From contig RQSC01000029.1 of the NCBI GenBank assembly GCA_013416795.1, positions 556,373-620,372 on the forward strand: 64,000 nucleotides of DNA. Direction: 5' to 3'. Positions 45,216 through 57,900 of the stretch are shown here, piece by piece; the first letter of the stretch is position 1; each line of letters opens with the position of its first letter. A program made the translations under genes and the position numbers. The notes beneath the pieces are model-generated. The model had not been told where the DNA came from. It made no database searches and was given only the letters and a program-made list of their open reading frames with translations. Source of the stretch: Prasinococcaceae sp. CCMP 1430. Taxonomy: Eukaryota > Plantae > Prasinodermophyta.

Positions 45216-46465
45216 CTCGACGAGCCGCGCGGGCGCCGCGACGCCGCGGCGCGCGACGCCCCCCGCCCGCTTGCACGCTCGGACGCTCGCGGGGGGCGAT
45301 AAATAATAAGAAGCGAATCGGCTTCGAGGCGAGAGCCACTCAATTAGTGCGCCGCTCGCACGACCGTGACGCCCGCCGTCTCGGCCGACCGCGCGGCCAC
45401 CCAATGTGAAGCCGCTAGAGCTAGTCTAGTCTAGGTGCCTGGCGCGCGCGCTCTCTCTCTCTCTCGAGCTACGTAGCTACCCAGAGAGAGAGAGGCCCTT
45501 CCCCTCACGCCGAAGCTGGGTGGAGCTGACGTCGTCCCTGAAGTCGCCCTCGTCCAGCCCGACGAAGAGATCGCCGACCTCGGGCGGGATTTCGGCGCGC
45601 ATGTCATCGAGCGACAGGAAGCGAGCGGAGGCTGCGCGGGGCGGTTCGCGAAAGGGAGGGGGGGGGGGAGGAGGGGGGACGGGGGCGGGAAACGGCACGG
45701 CTCGAACGCGAACGCAAACACAAAAATGGTATCGCAAATGCTTGGGTCGTCGAGCTCAGCTTCCCGTCGGCTGGGCTTTCTGGCTGCCGGCTGCGTGTGG
45801 CTGGCTGGCTGGCTGGGTGCCTGGCCGGCTGGCCGGCTCGCTGGCTGGCTGCCCGGCGGAAGGCGGCGCCCAGACCGAATCTCGATCTTCGTCGCGCACT
45901 TCGCACGTCTCTGCCGGCGGCGGTTGCCACGTCGCCGGTGCAAGACGCGGAGGACGAGGAGGAGAAGCGCCGACCGAGCCCCCAAACCCCGCACTCGCTG
46001 GGGGGGACCGCCCTGCCCGCACGGGGTTCCCCGCGTTTCTTCGCCGGAACCCGCTTCCGGGGCGCGGCGCCTCGGTCTCCAAATGACCTCTACCATCGAT
46101 GGTAGAAACGACGGTCCTCGAGAATTCAGTGTGGATAAAACGGGAATTCGCGCGCGATCCCGCGTCCGCAGTTCGGCGTTCCCTATGAACCCTTTTCCGG
46201 CCCGCGCGCGTCTCGGCCCGGGATTCGCGCCCCTGTCCCCGCCTGCCTCCCGTTCACCCCCGGGGGGATCGGAATCGACGGCCTCCGCCGGGGGAATCAT
46301 CCGAAATCCGCGCGCGCCCCGCTTCCGCGTCGCCGTGGGGTTTGGGTTCGGAACGTCCTGGGAGCGATGTTTGGGGTGAGGGTGCGAAGGGTGGCGTGGC
46401 GATGCGTTTTGACGTGGCCCTGGCAGCGCGCGCGCGCGGCGGCGGGCGCGCGCGCGGCGCGCGCT

Positions 46466-46614
46466 TCCAGCTCGCCCGCCGCATCCGTGGCGAGCGCGCC
46501 TAAGCGCCTCGCCCCGACGTGCTCCACCAACTGCTGGCACTCGGCGAGAGCGTGCACGCTCCTCAAGCACACCTCCAAAAATCTGGTGTTTCAAAAACAC
46601 CACCACGCACAGAG
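46466..46614 (+). pseudogene. Orphan 3' fragment of a histone H3 gene ([11 protein letters not shown]) with 3' UTR and stem-loop
   Basis: About 110 nt identical to 48906-49015, followed by the GGTGTT-TCAAA-AACACC hairpin; no upstream H3 coding sequence. Confidence 0.75.
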
Positions 46615-47019
46615 ACCTGAGGTTCCACCCGCGGCGCACGCAACGCTCCTCCCATAGCATGCGCAGCGCGGCGTAGCGCCGCGAGGAGGAACGCCTGCCG
46701 CCAGCGCCGTTGCTGTGGCCGCATGCGCCGTGCATGTCGCCGCGAGAACTTCTTCTAGGCGCCGCGCCGCTCGCCACTCCGTCGAAGGCGAGGGGTGAAT
46801 ACACTGCGTGCGCCAGCATCGCCGCCGCTGCGTGCACTCCACCGTTGCGACTGTCGCGCACGCACTCCGCCGCCGCGTGACGGCCATACGCCTTCCATGG
46901 TTGGGTGCCCAGTGCATGCAGAACCATACGTAGAGCGACGTGTTACACATCAAACTCTTGCACATGGGCCGGCGCAGGCATTGCGCCACGTGAAGCAGCA
47001 GCTAGTCTCGACGCGCGCT

Positions 47020-48942
<1,923 letters not shown>

Positions 48943-49026
48943 GCGCCTCGCCCCGACGTGCTCCACCAACTGCTGGCACTCGGCGAGAGCGTGCACGCTC
49001 CTCAAGCACACCTCTACCACACACAA

Positions 49027-49060
49027 AACTGGTGTTTCAAAAACACCACCCTACCCAGAG
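49027..49060 (+). terminator. Histone mRNA 3' stem-loop (49031-49047) with downstream CAGAG
   Basis: AAAACT-GGTGTT-TCAAA-AACACC-ACC; the same hairpin lies at 46585-46601; no TGTAA found downstream of the H3 stop. Confidence 0.7.
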
Positions 49061-49884
49061 TCGACCTCGACACCCCCCTGCGCCTTGGCGCCTCGCCGCG
49101 CACGACGCAGGCGAGCTTCGCCGCACACGCCGCAGGCGAGGCAGTCCTGCTGGTCACCGCGAGGGACTCTTCGACCCCCCGCCTCGTCGTCCGCTCCCAT
49201 CGGCGCGCGAGCATGCGCTGCTCCCCCACGCTGTCGCCGTTTAGGGTTGACTGCGCGGCGCGCGCCCGCTCTTCTCACCCTGACCTCCACTGTGTTCACG
49301 CGACGGCGACCCCGTGCCCAGAGCCACGCCGCGCGACGCCTCGACCTCGCGCTCGGAGGAGCGGTCGAGCGCCGTGCCCTGGACGCCCCGGCGGTGAAAC
49401 GGTGGGGAAGGCCGTACAGGAGGACAGGGGGGGTGCTAGGAGGGGAGGGCACGCACGCACGGGCGCGCGCACGTGCGCGCTTCTTTCCGCCGGCGTCGCC
49501 CCTCGGGCGCTGCAAGAAGGGCCACACGGCGCGCACGTGGCGTGGCCGCCTATATTTCATCTCCGCGAAAACATCTCATATCATCCAAAAACTTCCACAA
49601 CATACGTTTGCAGTAGATTTCGCTTAAAAATAACGCGATTTGCCAACAACAACAACAAAAAGAAACTGGCTCCGTCCTCGCCCACCCTGATGAAAATGAA
49701 AATAAAATCGGCGGAAAAGGTGATGTAGAAAAAAAAGCCCTGCTGCGGCGGCAGCGCCACACGGCAGTGGCCGGCGCCGCGGCAGGCGGCACACGGCGCC
49801 GACGCCGACACACGCCGCCGCCCGCAGCGCCTGCGGGTGGAGCGGGGCAATACCCGAGGCGGGGCTGCACCTTCGCCGCCGCAG

Positions 49885-50400
49885 ATGGCGGCGCGTGCGT
49901 GCGCGCGCTCTCGCATGGCGCGCGGCGTTCCCACAGCGGGCAGCACGAGGCGCGGCAACGTCCGCCCCGCACGCCGTGCGCCGTGCCGCTCGTGCATTGG
50001 GGGCAAGGATGGGGCATCAGGCCCACTGCCTGGCCCGCCGGACGATCCCTTGGCGCGTGCTGCGCTTACGCAGCCCGTCGCTTTCCTCGGTGGCCTCGTC
50101 GCGGGCGCGCTGCGCATCGACCTGAACGAGGAGCCACTGCGGGAGTGGGTGCGTGAGACAGCCGCGGCGGCAGGAGCAGCCGACGGTGCTGCCGCCCAGC
50201 CACCCGCGGGATCGCCCGTCGAGCGCAAGGAGGACGTGGCGCCTGGGGGCGGGTCGGCCGAAGACGCAGCTGCAAGGCCTGCACGGAGTGAGGGCGCGGA
50301 TCCGGCAGCTGTGGGCGCCCGCGCGGGCTCAGACCCGCTTCAACCAGACGTCGCGGTGGGCGATGCAGGCGGGTCCGACGCCGGCCGAGTCTCCAGCTAG
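49885..50400 (+). CDS. UPF0426-like small plastid protein of cyanobacterial origin
   Basis: LTQPVAFLGGLVAGALRIDLNEEPLREWV, preceded by an Arg/Ala/Ser-rich transit-like peptide. Confidence 0.7.
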   Translation: MAARACARSRMARGVPTAGSTRRGNVRPARRAPCRSCIGGKDGASGPLPGPPDDPLARAALTQPVAFLGGLVAGALRIDLNEEPLREWVRETAAAAGAADGAAAQPPAGSPVERKEDVAPGGGSAEDAAARPARSEGADPAAVGARAGSDPLQPDVAVGDAGGSDAGRVSS

Positions 50401-50742
50401 CGCTGACTCGCTCGGGCCGGCAACGTTGCGATACTGCAGCGTCGGCCTCGGTTGACCCTCTGGCCTGGTCTGCGGCGCACGTTTCCGTCAAGCCCGATCG
50501 TAATATCATCCTAATACTGCCGGACGTGGCTCGTGTCCGCTGTGCACAGCAACCGCAGCTGCGCGCGATGGCTTGCGTCGCTGCCACGCAGCTGCCCACG
50601 CAGCGCGGCGCCCTCCGGCCGCAGGCAAAAATGGGGCGTATTATTATGTCGTTCGCCAGAGGCGCTCGCCATCGGCGGAGCCAATGGCGGGGTCGCGGCC
50701 GCGACGCGCGCTCGCCACGCCCGCACCGAGGCGGCCAGGCCG

Positions 50743-51975
50743 TCACATGGGCCCCGCTCTCGGATCGGTCCCCTGCCTCCACACATATACGTTCTCGTCC
50801 CAGCCGCAGCTCGCGAAGAGACCGTCGACCAGGCAGCTCATGTCCATGCCCACGGCGAACTCAGTGTGATGGTCGTGGCGCGCGAGCAGCGCCCCCCCGG
50901 CAGGTGCAGCGGCGGCGTCGCCAGTCCCCGCGGCGGCGGCGCGTTTCCAGTCCCACAAGCACACGCTCATGTCGTACGAGCAGCTCATGACGAGCTCGGG
51001 GTGGTGCGGCGAGCACTGCACACGGCGAACAGCGTAGTTGTGGCCGCCGAGCGTCGCCAGCGGCCGGCCGGGATTGCGGATGTCCCACGCGCGGATGGTC
51101 GAGTCCACGCTGCCGGTCATGAGGATGCAGTCTTCGTACTGTCGGCCATAGGGGCAGACGCAACGAGTGCGCCGGGAGGGAAAAGGGGGGAAACGGGTGT
51201 CGGGCGATCGCGCGAGGGCGCGTTCAATATCGCATTCGCGCCGTCGTCGTTTGTCAGAGCATGGCAGCAGCCATCGCGCGCTCGCCCTCTCCCGCCGCAC
51301 ATGGCGGCCACGTGCGCGCGGGGCCCGCTGGCGTCCCGCCCATGCACAGCTCGAGCCCGCTGCGCACCGCACCTTCGACCAGTCACAGCTGAGCACCTCC
51401 ATCGAGTGCGCGGGGATGGCGAGCGTCGACTTGTGTTCTCTGAGATCCCAGACGCGAACCGTGTGGTCGCCGCTCGCGCTCGCGAAGAGGTCGGCGTGGC
51501 GCGGGTTCCAAGCGGCATCGTACACACAGTAGGCGTGCTCCGCGAAGGTGCGCAGCGAGGCCGGCGGCCCCTCGAGCGTCCAGAGCTTGAGCGTGTCGTC
51601 CCAGCTCGCCGACAGGAAGGCGTCGCGCCTCACGGTGTTCCACGCGAGGCCGTAGACCTCATGCGTGTGCTCGTGGAAGGAGCGGATGGGATTCATCCCG
51701 GGCGGCGCCGCCGCGTCCCACACCTTGACGCTCCCGTCGCCGCTGGCGGTGGCGAGGATGTTCTCGTTTGCCTCCGACCAGCATACGTCGTACAGCCCAT
51801 CGCTGGTGTCGAAGGACACGCCCTCGCCGATGCCACCAGGCCCGAGCTCCAAAATGTGCAGGCGGCCATTGCCGATGATGCCAAAGTTCTGCGAGGTCGC
51901 CACCGCCAGGCGGCTCTCAACGAAGGGCGAGAATCGCACCGAGTACCCGTTGAAGGGCGTGCGGAAGCCCGGCAT
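50743..51975 (-). CDS. PEX7: PTS2 receptor PEX7; intron 51139-51372
   Basis: FRTPFNGYSVRFSPFVESRLAVATSQNFGIIGNGRL, FLSASWDDTLKLW, HHTEFAVGMD. Confidence 0.95.
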   Translation of the reverse strand: MPGFRTPFNGYSVRFSPFVESRLAVATSQNFGIIGNGRLHILELGPGGIGEGVSFDTSDGLYDVCWSEANENILATASGDGSVKVWDAAAPPGMNPIRSFHEHTHEVYGLAWNTVRRDAFLSASWDDTLKLWTLEGPPASLRTFAEHAYCVYDAAWNPRHADLFASASGDHTVRVWDLREHKSTLAIPAHSMEVLSCDWSKVRCAAGSSCAWAGRQRAPRARGRHVRRERASARWLLPCSDKRRRRECDIERALARSPDTRFPPFPSRRTRCVCPYGRQYEDCILMTGSVDSTIRAWDIRNPGRPLATLGGHNYAVRRVQCSPHHPELVMSCSYDMSVCLWDWKRAAAAGTGDAAAAPAGGALLARHDHHTEFAVGMDMSCLVDGLFASCGWDENVYVWRQGTDPRAGPM

Positions 51976-52854
51976 CGCGGCGGCGCAGCTGGGTGTGCGC
52001 CGGCCCGAGCGCCGGCGTCCTCCCCCACGCCCTCACTGGCCACTCCCGGCCACCTTTTCTCCTCGCGCCCCTGAGGCCCGCCAAACGCGCGCGCCGCCGC
52101 CGCCGCGCTTGCTGCCGCGTGCCCTTTGCCTTTGCGGCGGCCCCGGCGAGCACGCCCGCACCCCGCCCCTGCCTGGCAATCCTCGCCCTACCTCCCACCC
52201 CCTTTTTATCCCCCACCCTGCCCCGCCCCGCCCCCACCTCCACCCATCCACAGATCTCCCCCCTGGGGGGCTCTGCCCGGTGGCGCCCCCTGGCCGCCCT
52301 GTGGCGCGCCAGCCTCCCCCCCCTCTTCTCCCCCCATACGCGCGCACGCGCCTGCCCCACACCGCCCGCCCTCTCCCCTTTTCCTCCCCGTCTCTCCCTC
52401 GCGCTCGCGGCCGGAGCATTTTCCTTTGAATGTCGGGGGGGGGGGGGAGGAAACGGCCGAGAAGTGCGAGTGCGTGTCCTCGATCGATCGAGCCTCCCTC
52501 GCGGCCTGCCGACCCCCGATGCCTGGCTGGCCGGAGGCGATGCGCGATTGACTGCGAGCAAGGGAGACTGACTCTCCCGTGGGGGCGAAGCGAGGCTGCC
52601 CTCTCCGGCCGCGCGCGCGCCGCGCCGGTTCCGTGCCCCCCCTCCGCTCCGCTCGCCGCTGCGGCTGCGCTGCGGGTTCCCCAACGCGGCGGCGCGATCG
52701 CCGCCGGCGTGCGCGTGTTGCTTGCCCGTGGCCACGCGTGTTGGCGCGCGCGCGCGCCGGGGCGCACTCGATCCACCGCCGCGGGGGGCACCCATGCGAC
52801 CCTCCGCCGAGCGCGCGGCTGACGCGCGCGGTCTCCGACGCCTGCCGACGCAGA

Positions 52855-53212
52855 GCGTGCGGCGCGCTACTGGGATGCGGTGTCGCTGGGCATCGTGTGC
52901 TACGACTGCAGCAACAGGGACAGCTTCGACAGCGCGCCCCGCTGGATACAGACCCTCAAGGAGCTTCGACGCAGCGGCGCCAATGCACAGCAGGTGCCCG
53001 TGGCGCTCGTCGCATGCAAGTGCGACCAGTCGGGCTACGGCTGCGTGAGTGCCGAGGAGGGGCAGGCGCTGGCTGACGCGCACGGGATGGCTTTCTTCGA
53101 GACGAGCGCCACCCCGCCGGGAAAGGGCGTGGACGCGCCGTTCGAGCACGTGGCCAAAACCTTCGCGGAGCAGTACGAGGAGGCGGTCGCCAAGGCCACG
53201 AGCGCGCGATGA
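52855..53212 (+). CDS. IFT27: IFT27/RABL4 small GTPase, last exon; P-loop exon(s) missing
   Basis: YWDAVSLGIVCYD, LVACKCD (G4), FFETSATPPGKGVDAPF (IFT27-typical SAxPPGK..DAPF); preceded by a CTGAC..CAG acceptor. Confidence 0.78.
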
Positions 53213-53453
53213 GGCGCGCGCACTGGCGGCGGCGTCCGCAACGCCCCGAGCATCTGCCGCGCGTCGCGAAAAAAAGTTGCCTGACGTGCGGCGGCGTAGC
53301 CCCGTCACAGCAACTTCCGCACGCACGGGCGCACTCGCACATGGAAGGGGCGGAGAGGAGGGGTGGGGGGGTAGGATGGTGGAGCGGATGCCCCCTCCTC
53401 CGCCGCCGCCGCGTAATTCATCTAGCGCAACGCCCCACGGGGCGTGCTACTCT

Positions 53454-53820
53454 CTACAACCTGGAGATGCCGTAGTTGAATGACCCCTGCCAGTCGCCTT
53501 GATAGCACACGGATAGGCACGTGGTGAGCGGGTCGCGCTGGTCGACGCCGTCGTCCATGCACCTGGCACGCGTGCAGTACTCGTCGTCTTCCTCGTCCAC
53601 CGCGCCTTTGAAGAGCGCCTTTCGCGCAGCCATCTGCCCTCCTTCACGGTGCGGCCTGCGTTTGCCGCCTCCTCGCGCCCGATGATGTCCATCACTCCCG
53701 CGAGCTGCTCGGAGCCCACGCGGCGCGCCGTGCGCCGGCAGGGAGGGGTCTTGGCCGTGCTGGCACCCCCGGCATGTTGGCGCGCCGCCCTTGGCCACCC
53801 TCTCATACATACGCTGGGGC
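53454..53820 (-). CDS. Possible small hypothetical protein; frame ambiguous
   Basis: Two overlapping frames both look partly protein-like (EQLAGVMDIIGREEAA..; ALFKGAVDEEDDEYC..YGISRL*). Confidence 0.25.
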
Positions 53821-54487
53821 AGGTTGCGGGTGCTCGCGCGCGTGCGCATTGGGCGGTTGGTTGAAGCGCGCGGGAGGGGGGAGGGGTAGGGAGGGCGGGG
53901 GCTCGCATCGGCTGCGCGCGCTGCGCGCCAAGCGCCGCGCGTTGCGTTTGTAACGTCGGGTTGGCGCCTCGCTGGCGCAAAACCTCGCGACGTGCACACG
54001 CGCATTCGCATTCGGGATGTGGTCGCATTGAAAGGAGAGACTGGGACTGATGAGAGAGAGATGGAGTGGAGGGGGGGAGAGGAGGGTGAGGGGGCGCCAC
54101 CCGCCGCGCGCAGGACACGCCCCGCGGTGCGGAGGGGGGCGGCAAGGGCGGCGAGGGCGGCGCGGTGCCGGGAAGAGGGGTGGGAGGTGAAGGAAGGGGG
54201 AAGACAGCGGGGGAGGGGCGGGGGGGCGAGGGGCAGGGGACAGGTGCGCGGAAGAAGCGAGGCCGGGCGCGGGGCGCGTGCAGCACCGGGGAGGAGGAGG
54301 GAGGGAGGGGCTTTCGAAACGGCTGGGAGGGCCACGGCGGGGGTGAGGGAGGGAGGGCTCGACGCGCGGCGGGCTGTGGCGCGCGTGCGGTGGGAGCTGC
54401 CGCCCCCCCAGCTCGAATCGCTCACTCTTCTCCCCCCCTTTCCCCTTCCCCCTTTCCCCTCTCTCTCGCCGCCTTGCGCCTGCAGCC

Positions 54488-55990
54488 ATGTCGGATTCGG
54501 AGGCGGGCCTCCATGCTATCGCGGGCGCCCTCGGCGGCATGATGGCCCTCACGGCCACCTTCCCGCTGATGACCGTCTCCACGAGGCAGGCGGTGCACAG
54601 CAGGAAGACAGGGAGCGTGGACGTGGTACGCACGCGCCGCGCGGCGCAGCGCTGGCGTGCGAGGGCATCTGTTGGACATCTCGGAAGGCCGGTGGCCGTG
54701 GGATGAAGCGGTCCGGTGGATGCCACTCTCACGCATGGCTGCCGCCCTCGGCCCGGCCTGCCGCTGCCATTTGCGCGCGCGCGTGCCACAGCGATCCACG
54801 TGAGCGGGCGAGCGAGCGCGAGTCGCCATCCATCTCTCCCTCCCCGCCGCCCCCCGCTCGCCCGCCCGCAACGTGCTGACCGCCGTGCCTCGCCCCCCAC
54901 GCGCAGTCCGCGCGCAAAGTCCGCCCCGGCTTCTCCGAGGTGGTGGCACTCGCAAAGGCCGAGGGATGGCAAGCGCTCTTCGGCGGCATCAAGCCCGCGC
55001 TCATTGGAACCGCCGCTTCGCAGGGCATCTACTTCTTCATGTACCAGAAGCTGCGCCACGCCATCGTCAGCAGGCGCAAAAACCAGGACGTCTCTGCGCT
55101 CGAGTCTCTCTACGTCTCGATGGTCGCGGGTGCGGTGAACGTGTGCATCACGCAGCCCATCTGGACGGTTGTGACCCGCCTGCAGACGAAGCGCCGTAGC
55201 GGCGTGGACGTCAGCTCGGACGGCGACGGTGGCATGATCGCGGAGTGCCAGGCGCTCCTGGACGAAGGGGGGATCAAGGCGTTCTACCGCGGGTACGCGC
55301 GCCCGGCGGGCACGGGCGCGGGAGCGAGCGAGCGTGTGGGAGAGAGGGATAGTCGGGGGCGCGCCACTCGCGTCGATGGGTGCATTGCGACTGACGCGGC
55401 TTCCGTCCCACATCCCGCGCGCGTGCGCAACGCACACAGGCTGATTCCCAATTTGGTGATGGTGTCCAATCCGGCAGTGCAATTCGTGCTGATCGAGCAG
55501 CTGAGCGCGCGGGTGCGCAAGGCCAAGGGCGTGCGCTCGGACGCCAAACTGATGCTCACGCCGCTGGAGACATTCTCGCAGGGCGCCCTGGCGAAGGTGG
55601 GCGCCACTCTCATCACCTACCCGGTGCAGCTAATCAAGAGCCGCATGCAGGCGGAGCGGCGCTCGAAGGTGAGGCTCGCCAGGGCGGGAGGGGAGGATGA
55701 GGGGGGAGGACGGTACAATTCAATTAGTCGGGCTCAATGGGGCTGCGCGCTGACCTTTTGTCGCACTACGCCGGGGCGGCACGCCAACGCAGGAAGGAAA
55801 GTTCGAGGGCTACGCCAGCATCCCCGACGCCGTGCGCACCATCCTGGAGAACGAGGGGTTCACAGGCCTCTACAAGGGCATGAATACCAAGATGGTGCAG
55901 AGCGTCATTGCGGCGGCGCTGCTCTTCTCCACCAAGGAGCAGACCGTCACGATGGTGAAGCTGATGGCAGCGACGGTCAGCCACACCTAG
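54488..55990 (+). CDS. Mitochondrial-carrier-family protein, peroxisomal PXN/PMP34 (SLC25A17)-like; introns 54626-54906, 55293-55439, 55669-55792
   Basis: TFPLMTVSTR, GTAASQGIYFFMYQKLR, TQPIWTVVTRLQ, VSNPAVQF, TYPVQLIKSRMQ, GLYKGMNTKMVQSV. Confidence 0.9.
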
Positions 55991-56169
55991 AGGCTCGCGA
56001 GCACCAAGGCAGCGCAAGCCCCGCCCGGCCTGGCGCGCCTGGCGCGCCCCGCGCGGCGCATGCATGTGCGCGCGCTGCAGGGATAGCGTCACATTCTTAT
56101 GTCCACGGGCCCGGGGGGATCGAAGTCCGCCGTGGCCTTTTGTGGCCTCCGCGCGGGCGCAGGCAGGCG

Positions 56170-57900
56170 TCAGAGCGCGCCATCCTCAGGTGACCACTGC
56201 GCGGCGCGCGCGAGCTCCTCCCAGCCGCCCGCGGCGCGGCGCGCGTCCGCCGCGCGCCGCGCATCCCGCTGCGGCGGGTCCTCGGCCGCGGCGGCCGCGG
56301 CGGCCGCCACGCGCAGAGCGGCGTCGCGGGCGCGGCCCTTGGTGGGGAGCACGTTGCGAGCGGCCAGCTCGGCCTCGCTGGTGGCCGACGCGAGGCCGTT
56401 TGCGGCGGCGACGAGCATGGGTGTCGTGATGCGCGCTGCGCCGCTCACAGCCACGCCGAGACCGATGCCCGGGAAGACGAGCGCGTTGTTGGCGAAGGCC
56501 GGCTGGACGGGCGGCGCACCAGCGCGCGGCGCGAGCTCATCGAAGGGCGAGCCGGCGGCGAAGATGGCCCGCCCGCCCGTGGCGTCCAGCGCTTGCCGCG
56601 CGGTGCACTCTGAGAGATTGGTCGGGTTGGAGAGGGCCAGAATCACTGGAGCGTCGACCACCTTGCCCATCTCCTTGAGGGCGCCGCTCGATTCGAACGC
56701 CCCTGGCGTGGCCCCCGTCGCGCCGACGAGGGCCGCGGGCCTCAGCGCGCGCACGACCGCAGCGAGGTCGCCTTCTGCTCCCGCGGCGAGCCCCGCGGGG
56801 CGCGCGTGCGCGAAACGCAGCTTGCGCGGGTCTGCCCCGGCGCCCGCCGCAAGGTCAGGCCGGTCGGCCGTCAGCAGCCCCTTCCTGTCCACCAGCCACA
56901 GTCGGCTGCGCACGCGCGCCTCGGCCTCCTCCCTCTCGGCATCGCTCCCGCCGCCCCGGGCGACCTCGTCGGCGGCGATGGTCGCTGCCAGCAGCTCGGC
57001 ACCGCCGAGGTTGGCCTGACCCGCGCCGAAGAAGAGCACGTTGGAGCTCGCGAGCGGCGCCGCGCCGCGCAGGCGCTCGGCGGAGCGCAACGCCGCAACT
57101 ATGACCACCGCCGTGCTCTGGATGTCGTCGTTGAGCGCGGCGCCAAGCGGTGAGTAGCGCGAGAGCAGGCGGAAGGCGTTCGACCCGCCGAAGTCTTCGA
57201 AGTGCAGCAGCAGCGATTGGCCGTACCTCTTCCTCAGCGCCTGCGTGAGCTCGTCCATGAGATCGTCGTAGGCCTGGCCCCTGAGGCGCTTTTGCCTGAG
57301 GCCGATGTACAGGGGATCGTCCAGCAGCTGCTGGTTGTCGGTGCCCACGTCGACGCACACTGGCAGCAGGTTGGGCGGCGCGATCCCCCCCGCCGCGCAA
57401 TACACCATGCACTTGCCAACGGCGATGCCCATGCCGCCCGCGCCCTGGTCGCCCAAGCCCAGGATGCGCTCGCCGTCGGTCATCACCGCGATGCGCACCG
57501 CTGCCTCCGGCCAGGACGCCACCACGGAGGCGACCCGCCCAGCGTCGGCGGCCGACACGTACAGGCCGCGGGGCCGCGGGATGAGCGTCGAGAAGCGCTG
57601 GCACGCCTCACCGACGGTGGGCGTGTAGAGCAGGGGCAGCAGCTCGTCGGTGTTGCGCACGAGCGCGGCGTAGAAGGCGCGCTCGGAGGTCTCCTTGGCG
57701 GCCACCAGCTGGCGATACGCCTCGAGGGGCGTCGAGGACGCCCGCACCGTCGCCATGAGGCGATCGACCTCGACGTCTAGGGTCGCGCTGCCGGCGGGGA
57801 GCAGCCCTTCGAGCTTGCGCGCGGCGCGCACGCTCGCCGCGGTGGCGAGGCCATCGTTCGCTCGCGGGTCCTGCAGCGCCGCGATGCCGACGGGCGCGGG
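56170..57900 (-). CDS. Malic enzyme (NAD(P)-dependent), divergent; no in-frame ATG upstream of the homologous region
   Basis: LLPLLYTPTVGEACQ, TDGERILGLGDQG, DVGTDNQQLLDDPLYIGLRQKR, HFEDF, NDDIQST, ILALSNPT, QPAFANNALVFPGIGLG. Confidence 0.92.
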   Translation of the reverse strand, partial: PAPVGIAALQDPRANDGLATAASVRAARKLEGLLPAGSATLDVEVDRLMATVRASSTPLEAYRQLVAAKETSERAFYAALVRNTDELLPLLYTPTVGEACQRFSTLIPRPRGLYVSAADAGRVASVVASWPEAAVRIAVMTDGERILGLGDQGAGGMGIAVGKCMVYCAAGGIAPPNLLPVCVDVGTDNQQLLDDPLYIGLRQKRLRGQAYDDLMDELTQALRKRYGQSLLLHFEDFGGSNAFRLLSRYSPLGAALNDDIQSTAVVIVAALRSAERLRGAAPLASSNVLFFGAGQANLGGAELLAATIAADEVARGGGSDAEREEAEARVRSRLWLVDRKGLLTADRPDLAAGAGADPRKLRFAHARPAGLAAGAEGDLAAVVRALRPAALVGATGATPGAFESSGALKEMGKVVDAPVILALSNPTNLSECTARQALDATGGRAIFAAGSPFDELAPRAGAPPVQPAFANNALVFPGIGLGVAVSGAARITTPMLVAAANGLASATSEAELAARNVLPTKGRARDAALRVAAAAAAAAEDPPQRDARRAADARRAAGGWEELARAAQWSPEDGAL

